Source: Novakomyces olei (lineage: Eukaryota). From it: a stretch of DNA of 64,000 nt. The DNA lies in NCBI GenBank assembly GCA_016906335.1, contig JADEYG010000003.1:1612001-1676000 (forward strand). Reading direction: 5' to 3'. The position numbers were made by a program, and so were the translations under genes. The notes below the pieces were generated by a model. It did no database searches. It was not told the DNA's origin and saw nothing but the letters and a program-made list of their open reading frames with translations. Below, in pieces: positions 15,001 to 29,300 of the stretch (within the stretch, counting starts at the first letter, position 1; each line of letters starts with the position of its first letter).

Positions 15001-18000
15001 TGAATTAAACGATTTCTTAGACTGGCCGGCGAGTGATTCTGCAGAGCTTGACTTATTCAATTCAGATTGCAGCGGACTCAAACCTGTCTGTGAAGAATTA
15101 AAGGACTCGCGTGATTTATTCAATGCAGAATCCAGCGGACTCAATCCTGTCTGTGAAGAATTAAACGACTCGGTTGACTTATTCAATGCAGAATGCAGCG
15201 GCCTCAATCCTGTCTGTGAAGAATTAAACGACTCGGTTGACTTATTCAATGCAGATTGCAGCGGGCTCAACGCACTCGTAGATGAATTAAATGACTTCTT
15301 AGTCTGGTCGGCGAGTGTTGTAGCACGGCTTGACTTATTCAATGCAGAATGCAGCGGACTCAACGCACTCGTAGATGAATTAAACGACTTCTTAGTCTGG
15401 TCGGCGAGTGTTGTAGCACGGCTTGACTTATTCAATGCAGAATGCAGCGGACTCAATCCTGTCTGTGAAGAAATAAACGACTCGGTTGACCTATTCAATG
15501 CAGATTTCAGCGGACTCAATCCTGTCTGTGAAGAATTAGACGACTCGGTTGACCTATTCAATGCAGAATGCAGCGGACTCAACGCACTCGTAGATGAATT
15601 AAACGACTTCTTAGTCTGGTCGGCGAGTGTTGTAGCACGGCTTGACTTATTCAATGCAGAATGCAGCGGACTCAATCCTGTCTGTGAAGAACTAAACGAC
15701 TCGGTTGACCTATTCAATGCAGAATGCAAAGGACTCAAAGCGCTCTGTGAAGAATTAAACGAATCGGTTGACCTATTCAATGCAGAATGCAAAGGACTCA
15801 AAGCGCTCTGTGAAGAATTAAACGACTCGGTTGACCTATTCAATGCAGAATGCAGCGGACTCGATGCGCTCGTCGATGAATTAAACGACTTCTTAGACTG
15901 GTCGGCGAGTGTTGTAGCACGGCTTGACTTATTCAATGCAGATTGCAAAGGACTCAAAGCGCTCTGTGAAGAATTAAACGACTCGGTTGACCTATTCAAT
16001 GCAGAATGCAAAGGACTCAAAGCGCTCTGTGAAGAATTAAACGACTCGGTTGACCTATTCAATGCAGAATGCAAAGTACTCAATCCTGTCTGTGAAGAAT
16101 TAAACGACTCGGTTGACTTATTCAATGCAGAATGCAGCGGCCTCAATCCCCTCTGTAAAGAATTAAACGACTCAGTTGACCTATTCAATGCAGAATGCAA
16201 AGGACTCAAAGCGCTCTGTGAAGAATTAAACGACTCGGTTGACCTATTCAATGCAGAATGCAAAGGACTCAAAGCGCTCTGTGAAGAATTAAACGACTCG
16301 CGTGATTTATTCAATGCAGAATGCAAAGGACTCAAACCTGTCTGTGAAGAATTAAAGGACTCGCGTGATTTATTCAATGCAGAATGCAGCGGACTCAACG
16401 CACTCGTGGATGAATTAAACGACTTCTTAGACTGGCCGGCGAGTGATTCCGCAGAGCTTGACTTATTCAATGCAGATTGCAAAGGACTCAAAGCGCTCTG
16501 TGAAGAACTAAACGACTCGGTTGACCTATTCAATGCGGATTGCAAAGGACTCAAAGCGCTCTGTGAAGAATTAAACGACTCGGTTGACCTATTCAATGCA
16601 GAATGCAAAGGACTCAAAGCGCTCTGTGAAGAATTAAACGACTCGGTTGACCTATTCAATGCAGAATGCAAAGGACTCAAACCTGTCTGTGAAGAATTAA
16701 AGGACTCGCGTGATTTATTCAATGCAGAATGCAGCGGACTCAATCCTGTCTGTGAAAAACTAAACGACTCGGTTGACCTATTCAATGCAGTATGCAGCGG
16801 ACTCAACGCACTCGTAGATGAATTAAACGACTTCTTAGACTGGTTGGCGAGTGTTGTAGCACGGCTTGACTTATTCAATGCGGAATGCAAAGAACTCAAA
16901 GCGCTCTGTAAAGAATTAAACGACTCGGTTGACTTATTCAATGCAGAATGCAGCGGACTCAAAGCGCTCTGTGAAGAATTAAACGACTCGGTTGACCTAT
17001 TCAATGCAGAATGCAGCGGCCTCAATCCCCTCTGTAAAGAATTAAACGACTCAGTTGACTTATTCAATGCAGATTGCAGCGGCCTCAATCCTGTCTGTGA
17101 AGAATTAAACGACTCGGTTGACTTATTCAATGCAGAATGCAGCGGCCTCAATCCTGTCTGTGAAGAACTAAACGACTCGGTTGACCTATTCAATGCAGTA
17201 TGCAGCGGACTCAACGCACTCGTAGATGAATTAAACGACTTCTTAGACTGGTTGGCGAGTGTTGTAGCACGGCTTGACTTATTCAATGCAGAATGCAGCG
17301 GACTCAATCCTGTCTGTGAAGAAATAAACGACTCGGTTGACCTATTCAATGCAGATTTCAGCGGACTCAAAGCGCTCTGTGAAGAATTAAACGACTCGGT
17401 TGACCTATTCAATGCAGTATGCAGCGGACTCAACGCACTCGTAGATGAATTAAACGACTTCTTAGACTGGTTGGCGAGTGTTGTAGCACGGCTTGACTTA
17501 TTCAATGCAGAATGCAGCGGACTCAATCCTGTCTGTGAAGAACTAAACGACTCGGTTGACCTATTCAATGCAGAATGCAGCGGACTCAATCCTGTCTGCG
17601 AAGAATTAAACGACTCGGTTGACCTATTCAATGCAGAATGGAGCGGACTCGATGCGCTCGACGATGAATTAAACGACTCGGTTGACCTATTCAATGCAGA
17701 TTGCAGCGGACTCAATCCTGTCTGTGAAGAATTAAACGACTCGGTTGACCTATTCAATGCAGATTTCAGCGGACTCAATCCTGTCTGTGAAGAATTAGAC
17801 GACTCGGTTGACCTATTCAATGCAGAATGCAGCGGACTCAACGCACTCGTAGATGAATTAAACGACTTCTTAGTCTGGTCGGCGAGTGTTGTAGCACGGC
17901 TTGACTTATTCAATGCAGAATGCAGCGGACTCAATCCTGTCTGTGAAGAATTAAACGACTCGGTTGACTTATTCAATGCAGAATGCAGCGGCCTCAATCC

Positions 18001-21000
18001 TGTCTGTGAAGAATTAAACGACTCGCGTGACTTATTCAATGCAGAATGCAGCGGACTCAATCCTGTCTGTGAAGAATTAAACGACTTCTTAGACTGGCCG
18101 GCGAGTGATTCCGCAGAGCTTGACTTATTCAATGCAGATTGCAAAGGACTCAAAGCGCTCTGTGAAGAACTAAACGACTCGGTTGACCTATTCAATGCGG
18201 ATTGCAAAGGACTCAAAGCGCTCTGTGAAGAATTAAACGACTCGGTTGACCTATTCAATGCAGAATGCAAAGGACTCAAAGCGCTCTGTGAAGAATTAAA
18301 CGACTCGGTTGACCTATTCAATGCAGAATGCAAAGGACTCAAACCTGTCTGTGAAGAATTAAACGACTCGGTTGACCTATTCAATGCAGAATGCAGCGGA
18401 CTCAAAGCGCTCTGTGAAGAATTAAACGACTCGGTTGACCTATTCAATGCAGTATGCAGCGGACTCAACGCACTCGTAGATGAATTAAACGACTTCTTAG
18501 TCTGGTCGGCGAGTGTTGTAGCACGGCTTGACTTATTCAATGCAGATTGCAAAGGACTCAAAGCGCTCTGTGAAGAATTAAACGACTCGGTTGACCTATT
18601 CAATGCAGAATGCAAAGGACTCAAAGCGCTCTGTGAAGAATTAAACGACTCGGTTGACCTATTCAATGCAGAATGCAAAGGACTCAAAGCGCTCTGTGAA
18701 GAATTAAACGACTCGCGTGATTTATTCAATGCAGAATGCAAAGGACTCAATCCTGTCTGTGAAGAATTAAAGGACTCGCGTGATTTATTCAATGCAGAAT
18801 GCAAAGGACTCAACGCACTCGTAGATGAATTAAATGACTTCTTAGTCTGGTCGGCGAGTGTTGTAGCACGGCTTGACTTATTCAATGCAGATTGCAGCGG
18901 GCTCAACGCACTCGTAGATGAATTAAATGACTTCTTAGTCTGGTCGGCGAGTGTTGTAGCACGGCTTGACTTATTCAATGCAGAATGCAGTGGACTCAAT
19001 CTTGTCTGTGAAGAATTAAACGATTCGCTTGACTTATTCAATGTGGATTGCAGTGGACTCAATCCTGTCTGTGAAGAATTAAGCGACTCGGTTGACTTAT
19101 TCAATGCAGAATGCAGCGAACTCAACGCACTCGTAGATGAATTAAACGACTTCTTAGACTGGTTGGCGAGTGTTGTAGCACGGCTTGACTTATTCAATGC
19201 AGATTGCAAAGGACTCAAAGCGCTCTGTGAAGAATTAAACGACTCGGTTGACTTATTCAATGTGGATTGCAGAGGGCTCAAAGCGCTCTGTGAAGAATTA
19301 AACGACTCGGTTGACTTATTCAATGCAGATTGCAGCGGGCTCAACGCATTCGTGGATGAATTAAACGATTTCTTAGACTGGCCGGCGAGTGATTCTGCAG
19401 AGCTTGACTTATTCAATTCAGATTGCAGCGGACTCAAACCTGTCTGTGAAGAATTAAAGGACTCGCGTGATTTATTCAATGCAGAATCCAGCGGACTCAA
19501 TCCTGTCTGTGAAGAATTAAACGACTCGGTTGACTTATTCAATGCAGAATGCAGCGGCCTCAATCCTGTCTGTGAAGAATTAAACGACTCGGTTGACTTA
19601 TTCAATGCAGATTGCAGCGGGCTCAACGCACTCGTAGATGAATTAAATGACTTCTTAGTCTGGTCGGCGAGTGTTGTAGCACGGCTTGACTTATTCAATG
19701 CAGAATGCAGCGGACTCAACGCACTCGTAGATGAATTAAACGACTTCTTAGTCTGGTCGGCGAGTGTTGTAGCACGGCTTGACTTATTCAATGCAGAATG
19801 CAGCGGACTCAATCCTGTCTGTGAAGAAATAAACGACTCGGTTGACCTATTCAATGCAGATTTCAGCGGACTCAATCCTGTCTGTGAAGAATTAGACGAC
19901 TCGGTTGACCTATTCAATGCAGAATGCAGCGGACTCAACGCACTCGTAGATGAATTAAACGACTTCTTAGTCTGGTCGGCGAGTGTTGTAGCACGGCTTG
20001 ACTTATTCAATGCAGAATGCAGCGGACTCAATCCTGTCTGTGAAGAACTAAACGACTCGGTTGACCTATTCAATGCAGAATGCAAAGGACTCAAAGCGCT
20101 CTGTGAAGAATTAAACGAATCGGTTGACCTATTCAATGCAGAATGCAAAGGACTCAAAGCGCTCTGTGAAGAATTAAACGACTCGGTTGACCTATTCAAT
20201 GCAGAATGCAGCGGACTCGATGCGCTCGTCGATGAATTAAACGACTTCTTAGACTGGTTGGCGAGTGTTGTAGCACGGCTTGACTTATTCAATGCAGAAT
20301 GCAGCGGACTCAATCCTGTCTGTGAAGAACTAAACGACTCGGTTGACCTATTCAATGCAGAATGCAGCGGACTCAATCCTGTCTGCGAAGAATTAAACGA
20401 CTCGGTTGACCTATTCAATGCAGAATGGAGCGGACTCGATGCGCTCGACGATGAATTAAACGACTCGGTTGACCTATTCAATGCAGATTGCAGCGGACTC
20501 AATCCTGTCTGTGAAGAATTAAACGACTCGGTTGACCTATTCAATGCAGATTTCAGCGGACTCAATCCTGTCTGTGAAGAATTAGACGACTCGGTTGACC
20601 TATTCAATGCAGAATGCAGCGGACTCAACGCACTCGTAGATGAATTAAACGACTTCTTAGTCTGGTCGGCGAGTGTTGTAGCACGGCTTGACTTATTCAA
20701 TGCAGAATGCAGCGGACTCAATCCTGTCTGTGAAGAACTAAACGACTCGGTTGACCTATTCAATGCGGATTGCAAAGGACTCAAAGCGCTCTGTGAAGAA
20801 TTAAACGACTCGGTTGACCTATTCAATGCAGAATGCAAAGGACTCAAAGCGCTCTGTGAAGAATTAAACGACTCGGTTGACCTATTCAATGCAGAATGCA
20901 AAGGACTCAAACCTGTCTGTGAAGAATTAAAGGACTCGCGTGATTTATTCAATGCAGAATGCAGCGGACTCAATCCTGTCTGTGAAAAACTAAACGACTC

Positions 21001-24000
21001 GGTTGACCTATTCAATGCGGATTGCAAAGGACTCAAAGCGCTCTGTGAAGAATTAAACGACTCGGTTGACCTATTCAATGCAGAATGCAAAGGACTCAAA
21101 GCGCTCTGTGAAGAATTAAACGACTCGGTTGACTTATTCAATGCAGAATGCAGCGGACTCAACGCACTCGTAGATGAATTAAACGACTTCTTAGTCTGGT
21201 CGGCGAGTGTTGTAGCACGGCTTGACTTATTCAATGCAGAATGCAGCGGACTCAATCCTGTCTGTGAAGAACTAAACGACTCGGTTGACCTATTCAATGC
21301 GGATTGCAAAGGACTCAAAGCGCTCTGTGAAGAATTAAACGACTCGGTTGACCTATTCAATGCAGAATGCAAAGGACTCAAAGCGCTCTGTGAAGAATTA
21401 AACGACTCGGTTGACTTATTCAATGCAGAATGCAAAGGACTCAAAGCGCTCTGTGAAGAATTAAACGACTCGGTTGACCTATTCAATGCAGAATGCAGCG
21501 GACTCGATGCGCTCGTCGATGAATTAAACGACTTCTTAGACTGGTCGGCGAGTGTTGTAGCACGGCTTGACTTATTCAATGCAGATTGCAAAGGACTCAA
21601 AGCGCTCTGTGAAGAATTAAACGACTCGGTTGACCTATTCAATGCAGAATGCAAAGGACTCAAAGCGCTCTGTGAAGAATTAAACGACTCGGTTGACCTA
21701 TTCAATGCAGAATGCAAAGGACTCAAAGCGCTCTGTGAAGAATTAAACGACTCGCGTGATTTATTCAATGCAGAATGCAAAGGACTCAAACCTGTCTGTG
21801 AAGAATTAAAGGACTCGCGTGATTTATTCAATGCAGAATGCAGCGGACTCAACGCACTCGTGGATGAATTAAACGACTTCTTAGACTGGCCGGCGAGTGA
21901 TTCCGCAGAGCTTGACTTATTCAATGCAGATTGCAAAGGACTCAAAGCGCTCTGTGAAGAACTAAACGACTCGGTTGACCTATTCAATGCGGATTGCAAA
22001 GGACTCAAAGCGCTCTGTGAAGAATTAAACGACTCGGTTGACCTATTCAATGCAGAATGCAAAGGACTCAAAGCGCTCTGTGAAGAATTAAACGACTCGG
22101 TTGACCTATTCAATGCAGAATGCAAAGGACTCAAACCTGTCTGTGAAGAATTAAAGGACTCGCGTGATTTATTCAATGCAGAATGCAGCGGACTCAATCC
22201 TGTCTGTGAAAAACTAAACGACTCGGTTGACCTATTCAATGCAGTATGCAGCGGACTCAACGCACTCGTAGATGAATTAAACGACTTCTTAGACTGGTTG
22301 GCGAGTGTTGTAGCACGGCTTGACTTATTCAATGCGGAATGCAAAGAACTCAAAGCGCTCTGTAAAGAATTAAACGACTCGGTTGACTTATTCAATGCAG
22401 AATGCAGCGGACTCAAAGCGCTCTGTGAAGAATTAAACGACTCGGTTGACTTATTCAATGCAGATTGCAGCGGGCTCAACGCACTCGTGGATGAATTAAA
22501 CGATTTCTTAGACTGGCCGGCGAGTGATTCTGCAGAGTTTGACTTATTCAATTCAGATTGCAGCGGACTCAAACCTGTCTGTGAAGAATTAAACGACTCG
22601 GTTGACTTATTCAATGCAGAATGCAGCGGCCTCAATCCTGTCTGTGAAGAATTAAACGACTCGGTTGACTTATTCAATGCAGATTGCAGCGGGCTCAATC
22701 CTGTCTGTGAAGAATTAAACGACTCGGTTGACTTATTCAATGCAGAATGCAGCGGACTCAACGCACTCGTAGATGAATTAAACGACTTCTTAGACTGGTT
22801 GGCGAGTGTTGTAGCACGGCTTGACTTATTCAATGCAGATTGCAAAGGACTCAAAGCGCTCTGTGAAGAATTAAACGACTCGGTTGACCTATTCAATGCA
22901 GAATGCAAAGGACTCAAAGCGCTCTGTGAAGAATTAAACGACTCGGTTGACCTATTCAATGCAGAATGCAAAGGACTCAAAGCGCTCTGTGAAGAATTAA
23001 ACGACTCGCGTGATTTATTCAATGCAGAATGCAAAGGACTCAAACCTGTCTGTGAAGAATTAAAGGACTCGCGTGATTTATTCAATGCAGAATGCAGCGG
23101 ACTCAACGCACTCGTGGATGAATTAAACGACTTCTTAGACTGGCCGGCGAGTGATTCCGCAGAGCTTGACTTATTCAATGCAGATTGCAAAGGACTCAAA
23201 GCGCTCTGTGAAGAACTAAACGACTCGGTTGACCTATTCAATGCGGATTGCAAAGGACTCAAAGCGCTCTGTGAAGAATTAAACGACTCGGTTGACCTAT
23301 TCAATGCAGAATGCAAAGGACTCAAAGCGCTCTGTGAAGAATTAAACGACTCGGTTGACCTATTCAATGCAGAATGCAAAGGACTCAAACCTGTCTGTGA
23401 AGAATTAAAGGACTCGCGTGATTTATTCAATGCAGAATGCAGCGGACTCAATCCTGTCTGTGAAGAATTAGACGACTCGGTTGACCTATTCAATGCAGAA
23501 TGCAGCGGACTCAACGCACTCGTAGATGAATTAAACGACTTCTTAGTCTGGTCGGCGAGTGTTGTAGCACGGCTTGACTTATTCAATGCAGAATGCAGCG
23601 GACTCAATCCTGTCTGTGAAGAACTAAACGACTCGGTTGACCTATTCAATGCAGAATGCAAAGGACTCAAAGCGCTCTGTGAAGAATTAAACGAATCGGT
23701 TGACCTATTCAATGCAGAATGCAAAGGACTCAAAGCGCTCTGTGAAGAATTAAACGACTCGGTTGACCTATTCAATGCAGAATGCAGCGGACTCGATGCG
23801 CTCGTCGATGAATTAAACGACTTCTTAGACTGGTCGGCGAGTGTTGTAGCACGGCTTGACTTATTCAATGCAGATTGCAAAGGACTCAAAGCGCTCTGTG
23901 AAGAATTAAACGACTCGGTTGACCTATTCAATGCAGAATGCAAAGGACTCAAAGCGCTCTGTGAAGAATTAAACGACTCGGTTGACCTATTCAATGCAGA

Positions 24001-26350
24001 ATGCAAAGGACTCAAAGCGCTCTGTGAAGAATTAAACGACTCGCGTGATTTATTCAATGCAGAATGCAAAGGACTCAAACCTGTCTGTGAAGAATTAAAG
24101 GACTCGCGTGATTTATTCAATGCAGAATGCAGCGGACTCAACGCACTCGTGGATGAATTAAACGACTTCTTAGACTGGCCGGCGAGTGATTCCGCAGAGC
24201 TTGACTTATTCAATGCAGATTGCAAAGGACTCAAAGCGCTCTGTGAAGAACTAAACGACTCGGTTGACCTATTCAATGCGGATTGCAAAGGACTCAAAGC
24301 GCTCTGTGAAGAATTAAACGACTCGGTTGACCTATTCAATGCAGAATGCAAAGGACTCAAAGCGCTCTGTGAAGAATTAAACGACTCGGTTGACCTATTC
24401 AATGCAGAATGCAAAGGACTCAAACCTGTCTGTGAAGAATTAAAGGACTCGCGTGATTTATTCAATGCAGAATGCAGCGGACTCAATCCTGTCTGTGAAG
24501 AACTAAACGACTCGGTTGACCTATTCAATGCAGTATGCAGCGGACTCAACGCACTCGTAGATGAATTAAACGACTTCTTAGACTGGTTGGCGAGTGTTGT
24601 AGCACGGCTTGACTTATTCAATGCGGAATGCAAAGAACTCAAAGCGCTCTGTAAAGAATTAAACGACTCGGTTGACTTATTCAATGCAGATTGCAACGGA
24701 CTCAATCCTGTCCGTGAAAAATTAAACGACTCGGTTGACTTATTCAATGCAGAATGCAGCGGACTCAATCCTGTCTGTGAAGAATTAAACGACTCGGTTG
24801 ACTTATTCAATGCAGAATGCAGCGGACTCAATCCTGTCTGTGAAGAATTAAACGACTCGGTTGACTTATTCAATGCAGAATGCAAAGGACTCAAAGCGCT
24901 CTGTGAAGAATTAAACGACTTCTTAGACTGGTTGGCGAGTGTTGTAGCACGGCTTGACTTATTCAATGCAGAATGCAGCGGCCTCAATCCCCTCTGTAAA
25001 GAATTAAACGACTCGGTTGACTTATTCAATGCAGAATGCAGCGGACTCAAAGCGCTCTGTGAAGAATTAAACGACTCGGTTGACCTATTCAATGCAGAAC
25101 GCAGCGGACTCGATGCGCTCGTCGATGAATTAAACGACTTCTTAGACTGGTTGGCGAGTGTTGTAGCACGGCTTGACTTATTCAATGCAGTTTGCAAAGG
25201 ACTCAAAGCGCTCTGTGAAGAATTAAACGACTCGGTTGACCTATTCAATGCAGAATGGAGCGGACTCAATCCTGTCTGTGATGAATTAAACGACTCGGTT
25301 GACTTATTCAATGCAGAATGCAGCGGACTCAATCCTGTCTGTGAAGAATTAAACGACTCGGTTGACTTATTCAATGCAGAATGCAAAGGACTCAAAGCGC
25401 TCTGTGAAGAATTAAACGACTCGGTTGACTTATTCAATGCAGATTGCAACGGACTCAATCCTGTCCGTGAAAAATTAAACGACTCGGTTGACTTATTCAA
25501 TGCAGAATGCAGCGGACTCAATCCTGTCTGTGAAGAATTAAACGACTCGGTTGACTTATTCAATGCAGAATGCAGCGGACTCAATCTTGTCTGTGAAGAA
25601 TTAAACGACTCGGTTGACTTATTCAATGCAGATTGCAACGGACTCAATCCTGTCCGTGAAAAATTAAACGACTCGGTTGACTTATTCAATGCAGAATGCA
25701 GCGGACTCAATCCTGTCTGTGAAGAATTAAACGACTCGGTTGACTTATTCAATGCAGAATGCAAAGGACTCAAAGCGCTCTGTGAAGAATTAAACGACTC
25801 GGTTGACTTATTCAATGCAGATTGCAACGGACTCAATCCTGTCCGTGAAAAATTAAACGACTCGGTTGGCTTATTCAATGCAGATTGCAGCGGACTCAAT
25901 CCCCTCTGTAAAGAATTAAATGACACCTTAGACTGGTCGGCCAGTTTTGTTGTAGGGCACGACCTAGTTAACGTTGAATTAAACCCTTCCACGGACTGGT
26001 CGGCCAGTTCTTGGTCGGCCAGTTCTTGGTCGGCCAGTTCAGTTGTAGGGCTCGACCTATTTAATGCTGAATTAAACCCTTCCTTAGACTGGTCGGCGAG
26101 TTTTGTGGTAGGGCCCGACCGATTAAATGCAGAATTAAACCCTTCCTTAGACTGGTCGGAGAGTGTTGTAGCAGGGATTGGCTTATTCACTTCAGATTCT
26201 AGCGGACTCAATCCGCTCTGTAAAAAATTAAATGACACCTTAGACTGGTCGGTCAGTTTTGTTGTAGGGCTTGACCTATTTAAAGTTGGATTAAATCCTT
26301 CCTCAGACTGGTCGGCAAGTTTTGTTGTAGGGCTCGACCTATTTAACGCT
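1..26350. repeat. Coding tandem array of 63-bp and 93-bp units (roughly 370 units in the window) with higher-order duplications
   Basis: The consensus GACTCGGTTGACCTATTCAATGCAGAATGCAAAGGACTCAAAGCGCTCTGTGAAGAATTAAAC (63 bp) alternates with a variant 30 bp longer. Units degenerate at ~25900-26350. The count is extrapolated from one 2571-bp block that resolves as 29x63 + 8x93. Confidence 0.98.
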
Positions 26351-29300
26351 GACTGCTGAGGACTGATTCCCGTCTTCAACATATTACTAGAGCCGTTAGT
26401 CTCATCAACGCCATGTGTTGCTAAACTGAATTCGGTCTTTGAAGAACTAAACAATTTTTGAGACTGGCCGGTTATTATTGTTGTAGGACTCATTAAGGCG
26501 GTACTGTTCTCCTTATTTCCGATTAAATGTGGAGAACTAGTTTCAAGATATTCAAGGGAAAAAGACATGCTTGCTTTGTGGGTTACTGATGGAGTAGATA
26601 TGACTGCAATGGTCATAGGTGATATGAAGGCATAGGTCATGTTGCGCATAGAAGCAATTTTTTCTGAGCCAAGTAGAGATTGAGCAGATATGGATTCTAA
26701 AGTCGACTTGGAGTTGTGTCCAAAAGAGATAGTTGTAGATACGCCAGAAAGCATATTCGAAACATTGGCATTGGGCCAATAGTTGTTTATGACACTTGTT
26801 AAGGGGGATTTTATACTTTCAGTCTTAAGATTTGCCTTTTTACCGATGAACGGAAGAGACAAAATACCAGTAGACCCGATAGAAAAGGATTCATTAAGAT
26901 TGTCGGCGTTATGTCTGATTACCGCGGATAAAGCATCAACAGAAACAGTCTTTGAAGAAGCATTCAGCATTCCTCCGAGTGACGCTTGCACTGAAAGCCC
27001 CGGTTCTATTGCAGTTGAAGAATTTCGGTGTGGCTTGGTAGGCTGATTGGCCAAACTAAGATTTTTCAAGACCGCGGCGGACACAGCTTTTGTCGGAATG
27101 AAATCGTGCACTGTAGTCTCTTGAATCGAGTTCGCTCGGCCCGTCCCATCAGGTCGCGTATTGACTTTAGATTCGGGAACCGAACCAAGTGTAGTTTCGG
27201 TACTTGAGTTAGTAGGGCCTAGAATGTGCTCCGTGAGAGGCAAATCAATAGCCAGATTGCTGATTCCTGCTTTCGCGTCCTTTTCTACTGTTATTGAACT
27301 GGCAGTAGCACTTGTCAAAGGAGTCAAAGTACTATTTCCGCCATGGCTCTTCAAAGCCTTTTCGACAGGATTGGGATCAAGTTCAACATCAACCCTTTCC
27401 TCGCTCTTATTTCCCGTCTGTTCAAAGTCTAACCAGTCGGAAGTCTCGCCCGTTGTCCAGACCGCTTGGCTCTCGGGCCCACTCGGGCGTCCAAGCCAGA
27501 GCTCATTGTTCCCATTTATACTATTTTCCCTGCTTGATCCGTGATCTGCTGCGGCCTCTGCGTCTTTCTCTGCTCCGCCATACGTTTTGGTCGTAATATT
27601 ATTTATTCTTTTTGGATTATTATATAATCCTTGATTCCCGGTATTAAGGGAAACAGCTGCGTCTGTTGCGAGCGGGTATGGCGGATTGGGAGCGTCTAAG
27701 GCGCTGCTTCTAATGTCCTCAGAACTGCCTTTACTGTCCGTGTGTAAACGGCTCCCGGACAGTTTGGTTCCGATAGCCTTAGCCGTTTTAGCAGACTCGC
27801 CACTTGTAACCACCGTCAGAGACTGCTGATCAGGATGGTTCGGGCTGCTAATTGCAGGCCCGGCCGGACTGCGGATAGCTTTTGTATAGATATCGCTGGC
27901 CATTGAGGACTGTGGGAATTGAAGACTATCGCCAACGTCCCTATTACGTGTCTCAATTTTGGTACCAAGATTGGCATTTTCTACTGATTTTTCCGTCGCT
28001 ATTGCTGTATTATCAACGGTGTTGCCGCTCTCATACCAATTATTGGCTTTTGGCTCGCTCGACGTGGTATATGACGTCGTTATGTTGGGCTTTTTAACAG
28101 TCTTTGCTGTAATTGTGCTCGTAGCTACTCTCGACAAGGGCACGGCTACTTCCTGGGTATTGTGAGCATTTTGATTGGTGGAAGGCCGGCTGCTTCCAGT
28201 ATTGAAGTTTAGTGTTTTCGGCTTTTTTAACACAACAGCGGCGGCTTCGTCTACGTTTGATACTGTTGGCAGAGTTTCTTTTTTAGCTTCATTTATTCCC
28301 GGCCGAGGAGATGAATGTAATGCCTCGGTGTGTTGATCGTCGAAGCGGTGATCAGTTTTTGGATGCCAATGTTCGTCGGACGCGTACATAGGGGGGGTGT
28401 TACCTTTATATACAAAGTGTCCAGGACTGTATGTATGTCCGGCACTTGTTGTTGTATCAAAACTCTTTAGGATTTCTGCTTTCGACGTGTCGACTTTTTT
28501 GGATTGCTCTGGCTTTTCGTTCGCTTTCGGTTCTGGCGTTTGCGAGTTTAAGCTTTGCCAATCCGCTTTTGCTTGATAGTTATATGTGTTTTTATTATCA
28601 CTTAGCTTTTCGGGGCCCTTAAAGTCGAATGCTGAATCCTGCGTCTTTGAACTTGGGTTCGAATTATTCTCAACCATGAAGTTTTGCTCACTGGCCGAAA
28701 CATTATCGTTTCCCAAAAAATGGTCGATGGCAATATCTATATTCCGATCGTTTGTCTTATCCGGAGTCTCTTTATTTTCCAAATCGTTTTCATGAATGAC
28801 ATCGATATCATTGTTGTTGTTGTTTTTATTACTGATTATGGGATCATGGTTTTTCTTTAAATCATTATCGATTTTGACACCATCCCCATTGCTATCCCGA
28901 TCGTTTGTCCTATCCCGAGTCTCTTTATTTTCCAAACCGTTTTCATGACTGAGATCGTTATCATTGATGTTGTTGTTTTTATTACTGTTTATGGGATCAT
29001 GGTTTTTCTTTAAATCATTATCGATTTTGACACCATCTCCATCTCTGTGCTGATCTTCAAGTATCCCAAACCTCGGATCATCCTTTTGTGGCCTGTAATT
29101 TTGATATCTCTCGTTTTTGCCCCCTTCTTTTTCTGCTAAAAAGTCCTGTTTGTTTTCGGACGTATCTGCACCAGCCGACTCTTCGTCTTCTTGAAATTTC
29201 CCAAAACTTTTTTCTTTATTACCATTGCCTTGGGTCGAAATTGGTTGGTTTTTGTTTGGTTTTTCTGAGCCAATTGTACCGTCGTCTAATTCTTTCCCGA

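Noticed and set aside
1-26350. CRISPR array or centromeric satellite
   Set aside because: There are no unique spacers, the context is eukaryotic, and unit lengths are multiples of 3 continuous with a coding frame.
419-26359. 8,646-aa plus-strand ORF as the primary gene
   Set aside because: It has no ATG or unique domain in the window and stops where the repeat ends. The minus frame has an ATG, a leader peptide and 3.6 kb of unique open sequence.
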